Source of the DNA: Myxococcota bacterium
GTDB taxonomy: Bacteria; Myxococcota_A; Polyangia; Polyangiales; Sandaracinaceae
NCBI GenBank assembly: GCA_036149055.1
Contig: JAYZQJ010000079.1
Coordinates: forward strand, 1 to 64,000
Direction: 5' to 3'
Length of the DNA stretch: 64,000 nucleotides
Part shown: in pieces, positions 27,328 to 35,846 of the stretch
Layout of the letters: every line of letters starts with the position of its first letter
How positions within the stretch are numbered: position 1 is the stretch's first letter
Translations under genes and position numbers: made by a program
The notes under the pieces: model-generated
Database searches by the model: none
Told to the model about the DNA's origin: nothing
The model's input: the letters and a program-made list of their open reading frames with translations, nothing else

Positions 27328-27882
27328 ATGACGAAGCCCGACTTCGAGGTCCGCGTCCCCGAGGGGGACGACCGCGAGCGCGCGGTGTGCAATCGCTGCG
27401 GGTTCATCCGCTACGACAACCCCCGCATCGTCGTGGGCTCGGTGGCCACCTGGGAGGGCAAGGTGCTGCTCTGCCGTCGGGCGATCGAGCCGCGGCGCGG
27501 CTACTGGACGCTCCCGGCCGGCTACCTCGAGCAGAACGAGACGCCCGAGGAGGGCGCGCGGCGCGAGGCCCGGGAGGAGGCGCGCGCGGAGCTGGTGATC
27601 CGAGATCTGCTCGCCGTCTACACGGTGCGCCGGCTCAGCCAGGTCCAGCTGATGTATCGCGCGTCGCTCGCCTCCCCCGACATCGCGGCCGGGCCCGAGA
27701 GCGAGGCGGTCGGGCTCTTCGACTGGGACGAGATCCCGGAGGACGAGATCGCCTTCCCGACGGTGCTCTGGGCGCTCGCGTGCTTCCGCCGCGCCGAGGG
27801 GAGCGAGGTCTGGGTGCCGGCCACCAACCCGGAGGGCGAGAGCACCCGCATCTCCGACCTGGTGGACCGACAGCGTCGGTGA
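27328..27882 (+). CDS. NUDIX hydrolase with N-terminal zinc ribbon
   Basis: CNRCGFIRYDNP; Nudix box GYLEQNETPEEGARREAREE. Confidence 0.92.
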   Translation: MTKPDFEVRVPEGDDRERAVCNRCGFIRYDNPRIVVGSVATWEGKVLLCRRAIEPRRGYWTLPAGYLEQNETPEEGARREAREEARAELVIRDLLAVYTVRRLSQVQLMYRASLASPDIAAGPESEAVGLFDWDEIPEDEIAFPTVLWALACFRRAEGSEVWVPATNPEGESTRISDLVDRQRR

Positions 27883-27947
27883 CGCGGCGCGTCGTCGCCA
27901 CCCTGGAACGTTTCCTGCCCTCCTGAACCTCGGAAAAGGAGAGCCGT

Positions 27948-28301
27948 ATGGAGATTCGAACAGGGAGAGGCGTGATCATCGCGCACCCGAGCCCAGGGCT
28001 GAGGATGCGCCTGGCGATGGCGTTCATCGATCGTCACCCGGTGTTCCTGTCCAACGGGATCGCGGGCCTGCGACGGCAGGTGGCCGAGATCCTCGCGGGT
28101 CGGGCCCGCGCGCCGGAGGCCTTCGTGCTGGGCGAGGCCGCGCTGAGCGCGCTGGAGGCGCACGAAGGCTGGGAGCTGATCGCGGCCGCGTGCCCGAAGA
28201 TCATCGTGATCGGGGGACGGCCCGCGGCGGCGCGCCCGCGCCATCACGCGTTCGCCCGGGCGCCCCACCCGGCGCGGATCCTCGAGCTGATCGCCGCGTG
28301 A
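27948..28301 (+). CDS. Hypothetical protein, possibly a degenerate receiver domain
   Basis: SD aaaggagag; alternating beta/alpha pattern, 117 aa. Confidence 0.55.
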   Translation: MEIRTGRGVIIAHPSPGLRMRLAMAFIDRHPVFLSNGIAGLRRQVAEILAGRARAPEAFVLGEAALSALEAHEGWELIAAACPKIIVIGGRPAAARPRHHAFARAPHPARILELIAA

Positions 28302-28329
28302 CGGACTGACCCGGTCGATGCACCGGGCC

Positions 28330-28782
28330 TCAGGGGGCCGACGCAGCTTCTGCGTGGGCGCGCGTCGACGCGGCGCGTAACAGGCGCCCGTCACTCGAGC
28401 TGACGAAGCCGCGACCGCGAAGCCAGGCGAGCAGCCGATCGGCGTCCGGGTGAGCGGGCCGCACCACGTTGTAGAGGTAGTTGAGGCCGAGCCCTCGCGC
28501 CTCCCGCGCCAGGTGCTCCAGCACGTAGGAGCCGACGCCGCGCTCGCGATGCGCGGGGTCGACCGCGAGCAGGATCTCCGCGTCGCCCCAGTTCACGTCG
28601 AGCCACCCGTAGCCGACCGTCCGGCCGTCCCGCTCCACGCGCCACCACTCCCCCGGCGCGAGCTGCCCCGGCGTCATCGCCCGGTAGCTCGGATCGAAGA
28701 TGCCCGGGGCCGCCTCGCCCACGATCCGCGCCTTGTCGGCGTCCCAGACCGGGGGGCTCTCGTGAACCCAAGTCATGCCCAT
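28330..28782 (-). CDS. GNAT-family N-acetyltransferase
   Basis: LAVDPAHRERGVGS acetyl-CoA motif, RGF; SD gaggagg. Confidence 0.88.
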   Translation of the reverse strand: MGMTWVHESPPVWDADKARIVGEAAPGIFDPSYRAMTPGQLAPGEWWRVERDGRTVGYGWLDVNWGDAEILLAVDPAHRERGVGSYVLEHLAREARGLGLNYLYNVVRPAHPDADRLLAWLRGRGFVSSSDGRLLRAASTRAHAEAASAP

Positions 28783-28849
28783 CGGACCCTCCTCCTCTTT
28801 CACCATGAGCCCTGGGCGGCGGCGCGGTCAACCGTGCTAGACGTCGAGG

Positions 28850-29620
28850 GTGGCGCTGATCGAGATCCGCGGCCTGGTGAAGCGATTCGGCGACGAGACC
28901 GTGCTCGACGGCGTGGACCTCGACGTGAACGCGCGGGAGCTGCTGACGCTCATCGGCCCCTCCGGCTGCGGCAAGAGCGTGCTGCTCAAGTGTCTGATCG
29001 GGCTGATCCGCCCGGACGCGGGCTCCATCGTCTTCGACGGCGAGGAGCTGACGAAGCTGCCGGAGCCCGAGTGGGTCCGGGTGCGCAAGCGCATCGGCAT
29101 GCTCTTCCAGGAGGGCGCGCTCTTCGACTCGCTCTCGGTCGAGGACAACGTCGCGTACGGGCTCCGCGAACATCGTCTGCTGCCGGAGCCCGAGATCGCG
29201 GAGCGCGTCTCGGAGGCGCTGGCGCAGGTCAGCCTGCCGGGCATCGAGAAGATGTGGCCGTCGAGCCTCTCGGGCGGCATGCGCAAGCGGGTCGCGCTGG
29301 CCCGCGCGTTCGCCATGCATCCGGACGTGGTGCTCTACGACGAGCCGACCGAGGGCCTCGACCCGATCAACGTCACCCGGGTCAATCGCCTCCTCGACCG
29401 GCTGCGCACCGAGCAGGGCGTCACCACGGTCGTCGTCACCCACAACATGCAGAGCGCGTTCGGAGTCAGCGAGCGCCTCGCGTTCCTGCACGGGGGCAAG
29501 ATCGTGCTCGAGGGCCCTCCCGCCCAGCTGAAGGCGTCGGGCGACGCGCGGCTCGCGCCCTTCGTCCGGGCCTCGGAGCTGTCGGCGAAGACCCGCCCGA
29601 GCACGCCGGGGCTACAGTAG
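28850..29620 (+). CDS. ABC transporter ATP-binding protein (MlaF/Mkl family)
   Basis: GPSGCGKS, LFQEGALFDSL, LSGGMRKRV, YDEPT. Confidence 0.92.
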   Translation: MALIEIRGLVKRFGDETVLDGVDLDVNARELLTLIGPSGCGKSVLLKCLIGLIRPDAGSIVFDGEELTKLPEPEWVRVRKRIGMLFQEGALFDSLSVEDNVAYGLREHRLLPEPEIAERVSEALAQVSLPGIEKMWPSSLSGGMRKRVALARAFAMHPDVVLYDEPTEGLDPINVTRVNRLLDRLRTEQGVTTVVVTHNMQSAFGVSERLAFLHGGKIVLEGPPAQLKASGDARLAPFVRASELSAKTRPSTPGLQ

Positions 29621-29624
29621 GGGC

Positions 29625-30731
29625 GTGCCCCGATCCACCTTCTCGCCGCGTACGCTCCCCTTCGGCCCGCCGGTGGCGCCGATGCTCGCCAAGGTCGCCG
29701 AGGCGATCCCTCGAAAGGGCGGCCACCTCTTCGAGCCCAAGTGGGATGGCTTCCGGACGCTCGTCTTCCGCGACGGCGATCAGCTCTACCTCCAGAGCCG
29801 GGATCAGAAGCCGATGCTCCGCTACTTCCCGGAGCTCGAGGCGCCCCTGCTCGCGCAGCTGCCCGAGGCGTGCGTGCTCGACGGCGAGCTCATCGTGGCG
29901 GTGGACGACCGCCTCGAGTTCGAGACCCTCCAGATGCGCATCCACCCGGCGAAGTCCCGGGTGCAGGAGCTGTCGGAGAAGACCCCGGCGAGCTTCGTCG
30001 CGTTCGACCTGCTCGCCCTCGGGGGCGAGGACCTGCGCGGCGCCCGCATGACCGAACGGCGCGAGCGGCTCGAGCGCGCGCTCGCCGACGTGCGCGACCC
30101 GGTGTTCGTCACGCCCGTGACTCGCGATCCGGACGAGGCGCAGCGCTGGTTCCGCCGCTTCGAGGGCGCGGGGCTCGACGGGGTGATCGCCAAGCCCGAG
30201 TCGCTGACCTACCAGCCGAAGAAGCGCGCGATGCTGAAGATCAAGCACGTGCGCACCTGCGACTGCGTGGTGGCCGGCTTCCGCTGGCACAAGAAGGGCC
30301 CGGGGGAGCTGGTCGGCTCGCTCCTGCTCGGCCTCTACGACCTCGAGGGGCAGCTGCACCACGTGGGCGTCACGAGCAGCTTCAAGATGGACCAGCGCCG
30401 GGCGCTCGCGGAGGAGCTCGAGCCGCTGCGCGAGGGGGCCCTCGACGACCACCCGTGGGCCGGCTGGGCCAAGGCGATGGAGGGCGAGACCCGCCAGCCC
30501 GGCATGCAGAGCCGCTGGAGCGCGGGCAAGGACCTCTCGTGGGAGCCGCTCCGGCTCGAGCGGGTCTGCGAGGTGAAGTTCGACCACCTGCAGGGCGGGC
30601 GCTTCCGGCACGCGGCGACCTTCCGCCACTGGCGGCACGACAAGCCGCCCGAGGCCTGCCGCTTCGACCAGATCGCCGACGTGCCGCCGTACGACCTGGA
30701 GCGGATCTTTGCCGGCGCACCCGATCTATGA
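29625..30731 (+). CDS. ligC: ATP-dependent DNA ligase, LigC type
   Basis: EPKWDGFR, LDGE, FDLL, DGVIAK, GSLLLGLY, SRWSAGKDLSW, RFRH. Confidence 0.88.
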   Translation: MPRSTFSPRTLPFGPPVAPMLAKVAEAIPRKGGHLFEPKWDGFRTLVFRDGDQLYLQSRDQKPMLRYFPELEAPLLAQLPEACVLDGELIVAVDDRLEFETLQMRIHPAKSRVQELSEKTPASFVAFDLLALGGEDLRGARMTERRERLERALADVRDPVFVTPVTRDPDEAQRWFRRFEGAGLDGVIAKPESLTYQPKKRAMLKIKHVRTCDCVVAGFRWHKKGPGELVGSLLLGLYDLEGQLHHVGVTSSFKMDQRRALAEELEPLREGALDDHPWAGWAKAMEGETRQPGMQSRWSAGKDLSWEPLRLERVCEVKFDHLQGGRFRHAATFRHWRHDKPPEACRFDQIADVPPYDLERIFAGAPDL

Positions 30732-30740
30732 TGGGAGGCC

Positions 30741-33392
30741 ATGCGCTTCTTTCCGCTCCTGATCCTCCTCTTCGCTTCTCCCGCCGCCGCCCAGGACACC
30801 ACCGTCTTCGACTTCTCCGCCCCGTCTGACGGGCAGACGGGGGAGTACGCCGCCAGCCCGGGCGCCGAGCTCGCCGAGGGCCGCGGCCGCCTCGAGGCGA
30901 GGGCCGGCTGGGACGAGCGCGGGCAGCCTCTTCGGGCCCGCCTCGACGTCGACAACCTCGGCCTCGAGACGCCGCGCGCCGTGCTCTCGATCCCGGTCGC
31001 GGCGCTGCCGCGCGAGCTGAGGCGCGGGCTCTCGGTCGACGGCTTCGACGTCACCGCGTGGCAGGACGGCGCGGCCCTCGACCGCCCGCTGGCCTCCGGG
31101 GTGTCGACCCCGAGCGCGCTCGGCGTCTACCACGTGCGCGTCCCGCTCCTGCCCGCCGGCGCCTCCTCGGTGGTGCTCTACGGCGGCGACCGAGGCGGCG
31201 CGGCGGTGGACGAGCTCGCCTTCTTCACCGACCCGAGCCCGGTCGTGCGGACCTTCGTGACCGGCGACTTCCTCGCCACCGACGCGACGATCGTGAGCCT
31301 CGTCGCCTCCAACGACGTCGTGATCGACGGCGCGGCGGACTTCTTCGGCGGCGCGCTCGAGGGGCGCAACCGGACGCGCGCGATGCTCGGCTCCGAGATC
31401 GTCTCGGCGGGCCCGATCGCGGCGAGCTGGTTGGGCGCCGGGGGGGACGCGCTCCCGCCCGAGTCGTTCGCCGGGCAGGCGTTCGTGATCCCCTCGCCGC
31501 GCTTCGACGAGGCGCTCTTCGTCGTCGCCCCGTTCGGCGACGCGACGCTGACCTTCGGGCAGCCCGGCCTCGCGCCCGAGACGGTGACCGGCGGTAGCGC
31601 GCGCCGGATCCCCACCCTCGTCGGCGACGCCGCGAGCGTCCACTTCACCAGCGACGCGCCGGTGGTGGTCGTCCGGGGCAGCGACGATGGCGACATCACG
31701 CCGATCCCGCCCGCCGCGACCACGCTGATCGGGGTCGGGAGCGGCAACATCCGGGTGGCCGCCGGCGCGAGCGCGGCGAGCCTGACGTACTACCGATCGG
31801 GCGGCGCGACCTCCACCGCCACCGTGCCCGCGGGAGGCGAGCTGACCCTGACCGGCGGCGCGGCGCAGGGGGCGGGCGAGGCCGTCCGGATCGTCAGCGA
31901 CACGCCGATCGGGGTGATCACCTACGGGGACGGAGACGGCGGCGAGGCGGTGACCTTCCTGCCGCCCTCGCTCCTCGGGCGGGAGCTGGCGCTGCCCTTC
32001 GGCGCGCAGTTCGTGGCCATCGCCACCGCGCTGCCCAGCACGACCTGTCGCCTCGTGGCGCCGGACGGCGCGGAGCTCGCCCGCGGGACGAGCAGCGCCT
32101 TCGCGCCGCCGGTGCCCGGCAAGCTGTTCTTCGGGAGCGCGACCAACGGCGTGGCGCTCGCGGGCCCGGCGGCGCTCCGGTGCGACGCGGCGGTCTACGC
32201 GCTCGCCGAGGACGCCTCGACCGAGACCGAGAAGCTGCTGATGCCCGCGACCGCCCATCGCCCGCACCCGGGCGGCGAGGTGACGCTCGCGGTCGGGGCC
32301 GCCGAGACCCGCTTCGACGCCGGGGTCGCGACGGTGACCACGCCGTCCTTCGTGCCCTCCCGCCCGTTCGTCGGCCTGACCGCGCTCGAGGCGGTCGACG
32401 AGACGAGCGGCTTCGGGGCGGAGGTGGGCTATCAGCTCTCGCTCGACGACGGCGCGAGCTGGTCGGTGCCCGAGGGGACCGGCCTCCGCCCGGCAGCGGA
32501 CGGGGAGGCGGCGCCGGCGTCGTCGTTCACCGGCGTGCGCTTCGCCGAGGCGCGCGCCCTCCGACTCCGCGCGGTCCTGCGCACCGACGGAGAGGCCGAC
32601 GCGTCGGTGGACGCGCTCACGGTGGAGCCGACCCTCGTGCCCCCGCCGGTCCGGATCGAATTCGATCCGGTCTCCAGCCCGCAGCGGGTCGGGGCGGCGC
32701 ACGAGGTGGCGCTGCGGCTGGTGGACGCGAGCGGCGAGACGGTGCGGGTCGGCGGGTCGGCGACGCTCGGCAGCGATCCGGCCGGCGTCTACCCGGCCCT
32801 CGACGTGAGCCTCGAGGACGGCGAGGCCATGGCGACCGTGACGCCGGAGGCGGGGGCGTCGATGGTCTTCCTGGTCGCCACCACCGACGGTGGCGTCACC
32901 GGGAGCAGCGCCCCGTTCGAGGTGATCGCGGCCTCGTCGACCCGGGCGCTCGTGGTCGAGAGCGGCGACGGTCAGACGGCGGCGGCGGGGGCCTCGCTGC
33001 CGACGCCGGTGGTGGTGCGGGTGACCGACGCCGAGGGAGCGCCGGTCTCCGGCGAGGCGATCACGCTGACCGTCGAGGGGGGCGGCGAGGCGGATCCCGA
33101 GGGCGGCGTCACCGACGCCGACGGGCGCCTCTCGGTGGCCTGGCGGCTCGGCGACGAAGGCGCGCAGCAGCTCCGCTTCGCGCTCGCCGACGACCCGAGC
33201 GTGGCCGTGCTGGCGACGGCGCGGATCGCGAGCGGGGGCGGCTGCGACTGCGCGGCGGTCCCGGGTCGAGGACGCGGGCCGGCCGCGCTCCTCTGCGTCG
33301 GGCTCCTGGCGATCATTCGCTCCAGGGGTCGTAGTCGGGGTCGGGCAGCTCCTGGGCGGGGCGCTCGCCTTCGGGCACGTGCCGGAGGTTGA
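30741..33392 (+). CDS. Secreted surface protein with IgGFc-binding-like and Ig-like domains and MYXO-CTERM-like tail
   Basis: Signal peptide AAA-Q; SDAPVVV/SDTPIGV repeats; SGDGQTA..P.VVRVTD..G.P Ig-like motif; GGGCDC-hydrophobic-Arg tail. Confidence 0.78.
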   Translation: MRFFPLLILLFASPAAAQDTTVFDFSAPSDGQTGEYAASPGAELAEGRGRLEARAGWDERGQPLRARLDVDNLGLETPRAVLSIPVAALPRELRRGLSVDGFDVTAWQDGAALDRPLASGVSTPSALGVYHVRVPLLPAGASSVVLYGGDRGGAAVDELAFFTDPSPVVRTFVTGDFLATDATIVSLVASNDVVIDGAADFFGGALEGRNRTRAMLGSEIVSAGPIAASWLGAGGDALPPESFAGQAFVIPSPRFDEALFVVAPFGDATLTFGQPGLAPETVTGGSARRIPTLVGDAASVHFTSDAPVVVVRGSDDGDITPIPPAATTLIGVGSGNIRVAAGASAASLTYYRSGGATSTATVPAGGELTLTGGAAQGAGEAVRIVSDTPIGVITYGDGDGGEAVTFLPPSLLGRELALPFGAQFVAIATALPSTTCRLVAPDGAELARGTSSAFAPPVPGKLFFGSATNGVALAGPAALRCDAAVYALAEDASTETEKLLMPATAHRPHPGGEVTLAVGAAETRFDAGVATVTTPSFVPSRPFVGLTALEAVDETSGFGAEVGYQLSLDDGASWSVPEGTGLRPAADGEAAPASSFTGVRFAEARALRLRAVLRTDGEADASVDALTVEPTLVPPPVRIEFDPVSSPQRVGAAHEVALRLVDASGETVRVGGSATLGSDPAGVYPALDVSLEDGEAMATVTPEAGASMVFLVATTDGGVTGSSAPFEVIAASSTRALVVESGDGQTAAAGASLPTPVVVRVTDAEGAPVSGEAITLTVEGGGEADPEGGVTDADGRLSVAWRLGDEGAQQLRFALADDPSVAVLATARIASGGGCDCAAVPGRGRGPAALLCVGLLAIIRSRGRSRGRAAPGRGARLRARAGG

Positions 33393-34617
33393 CCCGGATC
33401 CGGGTCCAGGTCGTGTAGCGGCCGCGCATCGCGTCGACGAGCACGTCGGCCGGCTCGAGGTGTGAGGCCGCGACCGGGTGGCGGAGCTTCCAGCGCTCGA
33501 GGCCGTCGAGCGCGTCCTCCTTCTTGGCCGCCTTGGAGATGGTGAGGAGCGGGAACTTCGGCTTGCGTCGCCCCGTCTTGGGCGCGGGCTTCTCTGCCTC
33601 CGGCTTCCCGGGCTTCTTCGCGCGGGAGGGCTGGACCCGCTTCGGCTCGTCGGCGCGCTTCTGGTAGTGGGGCGGCCACGGGGCGTCGCCGAGCCCGTCC
33701 GCCTCGTGTCGCGCCGACAGCTCCAGCAGGGCCTCGAGCGAGCCGGGGTTCTCGTCGATGGCCGCGTGCGGATCGCCGCGCTCCGCGAAGCGCGCGGGCG
33801 CGGTGACGAGGTTGAAGTCGCGCGGGTCGCACTCGAAGAGCTCGTCCCAGGTGAGCGGCATCGAGACCCGCGCGTCCTTGGTGGGGCGCACCGACCAGGC
33901 GCTCGCCACCGTGCGGTCCTTGGCGTTCTGGTTGTAGTCGAGGAAGACGCCGTGACGCTCCTCCTTCCACCACTTGCTCGTCGCGATCGAGGGCGCGCGC
34001 CGCTCGACGTCCCGCGCCAGCGCGAGGGCCGCGCGCCGCACCTCGTCGAAGCTCCAGCGCGGGTGGATCCGGACGTTCACGTGCACGCCGCGGGAGCCGC
34101 TCGTCTTGGGCCAGCCGACCAGGCCGAGCGCTTCGAGCGCCTCCTGCACCACCTTCGCCACCTCGATGATCTGCGGCCACTCGACGCCGGGCACCGGGTC
34201 GAGGTCGACCCGCAGCTCGTCCGGGTGATCGAGATCCTCCGCGCGCACCGGGTGGGGGTTGAGGTCGATGTTGCCGAGGTTCGCCATCCAGGCGAGGTCG
34301 GCCGCCTCCCGGGGCACGACCTCCTCGGCGCTGCGTCCGCTGGGGAAGCGCAGGACGACGGTGTCGAGCCAGGCGGGGCGGGGCTTCGGGGCCCGCTTCT
34401 GGAAGAAAAACTCCTCCTCGACGCCTTTGACGTAGCGCTTGAGCACCGTGGGGCGGCCGCCGGCGCCGCGCAGGGCCCCCTCGGCCACCGCCACGTAGTA
34501 GCGCACGAGGTCCATCTTGGTGTGACCGGCGTGCGGGAAGTAGACGCGGTCCGGGCTCGAGATGGAGACCTCGCGGCCCCCGACCTCGAGGGTGGCTCTC
34601 TTCTTCGCGGCCCCCAT
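33313..34617 (-). CDS. Stand-alone LigD-like primase-polymerase (AEP family)
   Basis: FFQKR, DELRVDLDP, KTSGSRGVH, VFLDYNQN, SVRP, VSMPLTW; extra C-terminal domain. Confidence 0.9.
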   Translation of the reverse strand: MGAAKKRATLEVGGREVSISSPDRVYFPHAGHTKMDLVRYYVAVAEGALRGAGGRPTVLKRYVKGVEEEFFFQKRAPKPRPAWLDTVVLRFPSGRSAEEVVPREAADLAWMANLGNIDLNPHPVRAEDLDHPDELRVDLDPVPGVEWPQIIEVAKVVQEALEALGLVGWPKTSGSRGVHVNVRIHPRWSFDEVRRAALALARDVERRAPSIATSKWWKEERHGVFLDYNQNAKDRTVASAWSVRPTKDARVSMPLTWDELFECDPRDFNLVTAPARFAERGDPHAAIDENPGSLEALLELSARHEADGLGDAPWPPHYQKRADEPKRVQPSRAKKPGKPEAEKPAPKTGRRKPKFPLLTISKAAKKEDALDGLERWKLRHPVAASHLEPADVLVDAMRGRYTTWTRIRVNLRHVPEGERPAQELPDPDYDPWSE

Positions 34618-34715
34618 CGTCCAGAACGATAGAGCGTCTGGCGCGTCCGGTCTCCTTCGTGAGGCTCCATGACGGGAACGTGACGGTTTCTGGTGCTACC
34701 GTGTCCGGCGGGGGC

Positions 34716-35846
34716 ATGGACGAACGGGAGCGCGACCGTCTGCAGCTGGCCGCGGCGTGGAGCCGCGTGGTGCTCGGGGGCGTGGCCTTCGCGCTGATGC
34801 CGCTCGTGCACCCCGCCCTCGCCGAGCACCGCTGGGTCTTCGGCGTGTACGTGGGCCTCGCCCTGCTCGGGCAGCTGTTCATCTGGAAGGGCATCGGCGG
34901 CATGGGCCGCGCGGTGCTGGGCGGCGTCGTCGACATGGCGGTGCTCACCTTCCTCGTGCACCGCGTGGGCAGCACCGCGACGATGATGGTCTCCATCTAC
35001 TTCTTCGCGGCCATCCTCAACACGCTGGTGGTCGGCCGCCGGGTCGGCGTGTCCCTCGCGCTCTGCGGCGCGGCCTTCTACTCGGCGGTGGTGGTCGCCG
35101 AGGCCAACGGCTGGATCCCCTACGGGCCGGACGCGCCCTCGCTCGCGAGCGCGGCGCCCGGGCGGGTGGAGGCGGCCGTCACCACCGGGCTGCTCTCGAC
35201 GCTCCTCGTCCTCTCCGCGGCGGTGGTCGGGCTCCTCGTCTCGCGCATCCGGACCCGGGAGGCGGAGCTGCTCGCGGCGAACACCAAGCTCGAGGAGCTG
35301 AGCCTGCGCGACCCGCTCACCCAGCTCTTCAACCGCCGTCACCTCATGGCCCGCCTCGAGGACGAGCTCGCCCGGGTGCGGCGGGGGGCCGATCTCGCGG
35401 TGGTCATGATCGACCTCGACCGCTTCAAGCGGGTGAACGATCTGCGCGGCCACCAGGCCGGCGACGAGGTGCTGCGCCAGATCGCGCACGCGCTGGCGTC
35501 GGCGACGCGCGAGGTCGACGTGCCCGGGCGCTACGGCGGCGACGAGTTCGTCGTCCTCCTGCCCGACACCGACTCGGTCGCGGCGATGCCGGTGGCCCGT
35601 CGCCTCGCCGAGGCGGTCCGCGCGGTCGGCGAGGCGTTCGACGCCGAGCAGCCGGTCACCGCGAGCGTCGGCGTCGCCACCGCCCGCACCACCGACGAGG
35701 CCCGCGGCCTCATCCAGCGCGCCGACGAGAACGCGTACCGCGCCAAGAAGTCGGGCGGCGACCGCGTCTCCCTCGAGACGGTCATCGGCACCTCCGGCGA
35801 GTGGGACGCCCCGGTCTCCACCGGCGTCCGGCCCAAGACCGGTTAG
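34716..35846 (+). CDS. Membrane-bound diguanylate cyclase
   Basis: About 6 TM segments; DPLTQLFNRR, DLDRFKRVND, RxxD I-site REVD, RYGGDEF. Confidence 0.93.
   Translation: MDERERDRLQLAAAWSRVVLGGVAFALMPLVHPALAEHRWVFGVYVGLALLGQLFIWKGIGGMGRAVLGGVVDMAVLTFLVHRVGSTATMMVSIYFFAAILNTLVVGRRVGVSLALCGAAFYSAVVVAEANGWIPYGPDAPSLASAAPGRVEAAVTTGLLSTLLVLSAAVVGLLVSRIRTREAELLAANTKLEELSLRDPLTQLFNRRHLMARLEDELARVRRGADLAVVMIDLDRFKRVNDLRGHQAGDEVLRQIAHALASATREVDVPGRYGGDEFVVLLPDTDSVAAMPVARRLAEAVRAVGEAFDAEQPVTASVGVATARTTDEARGLIQRADENAYRAKKSGGDRVSLETVIGTSGEWDAPVSTGVRPKTG

Noticed and set aside
29625..34617. Mobile element or prophage suggested by ligase plus primase
   Set aside because: Both are cellular repair-type enzymes; no integrase, terminal repeats or GC shift.
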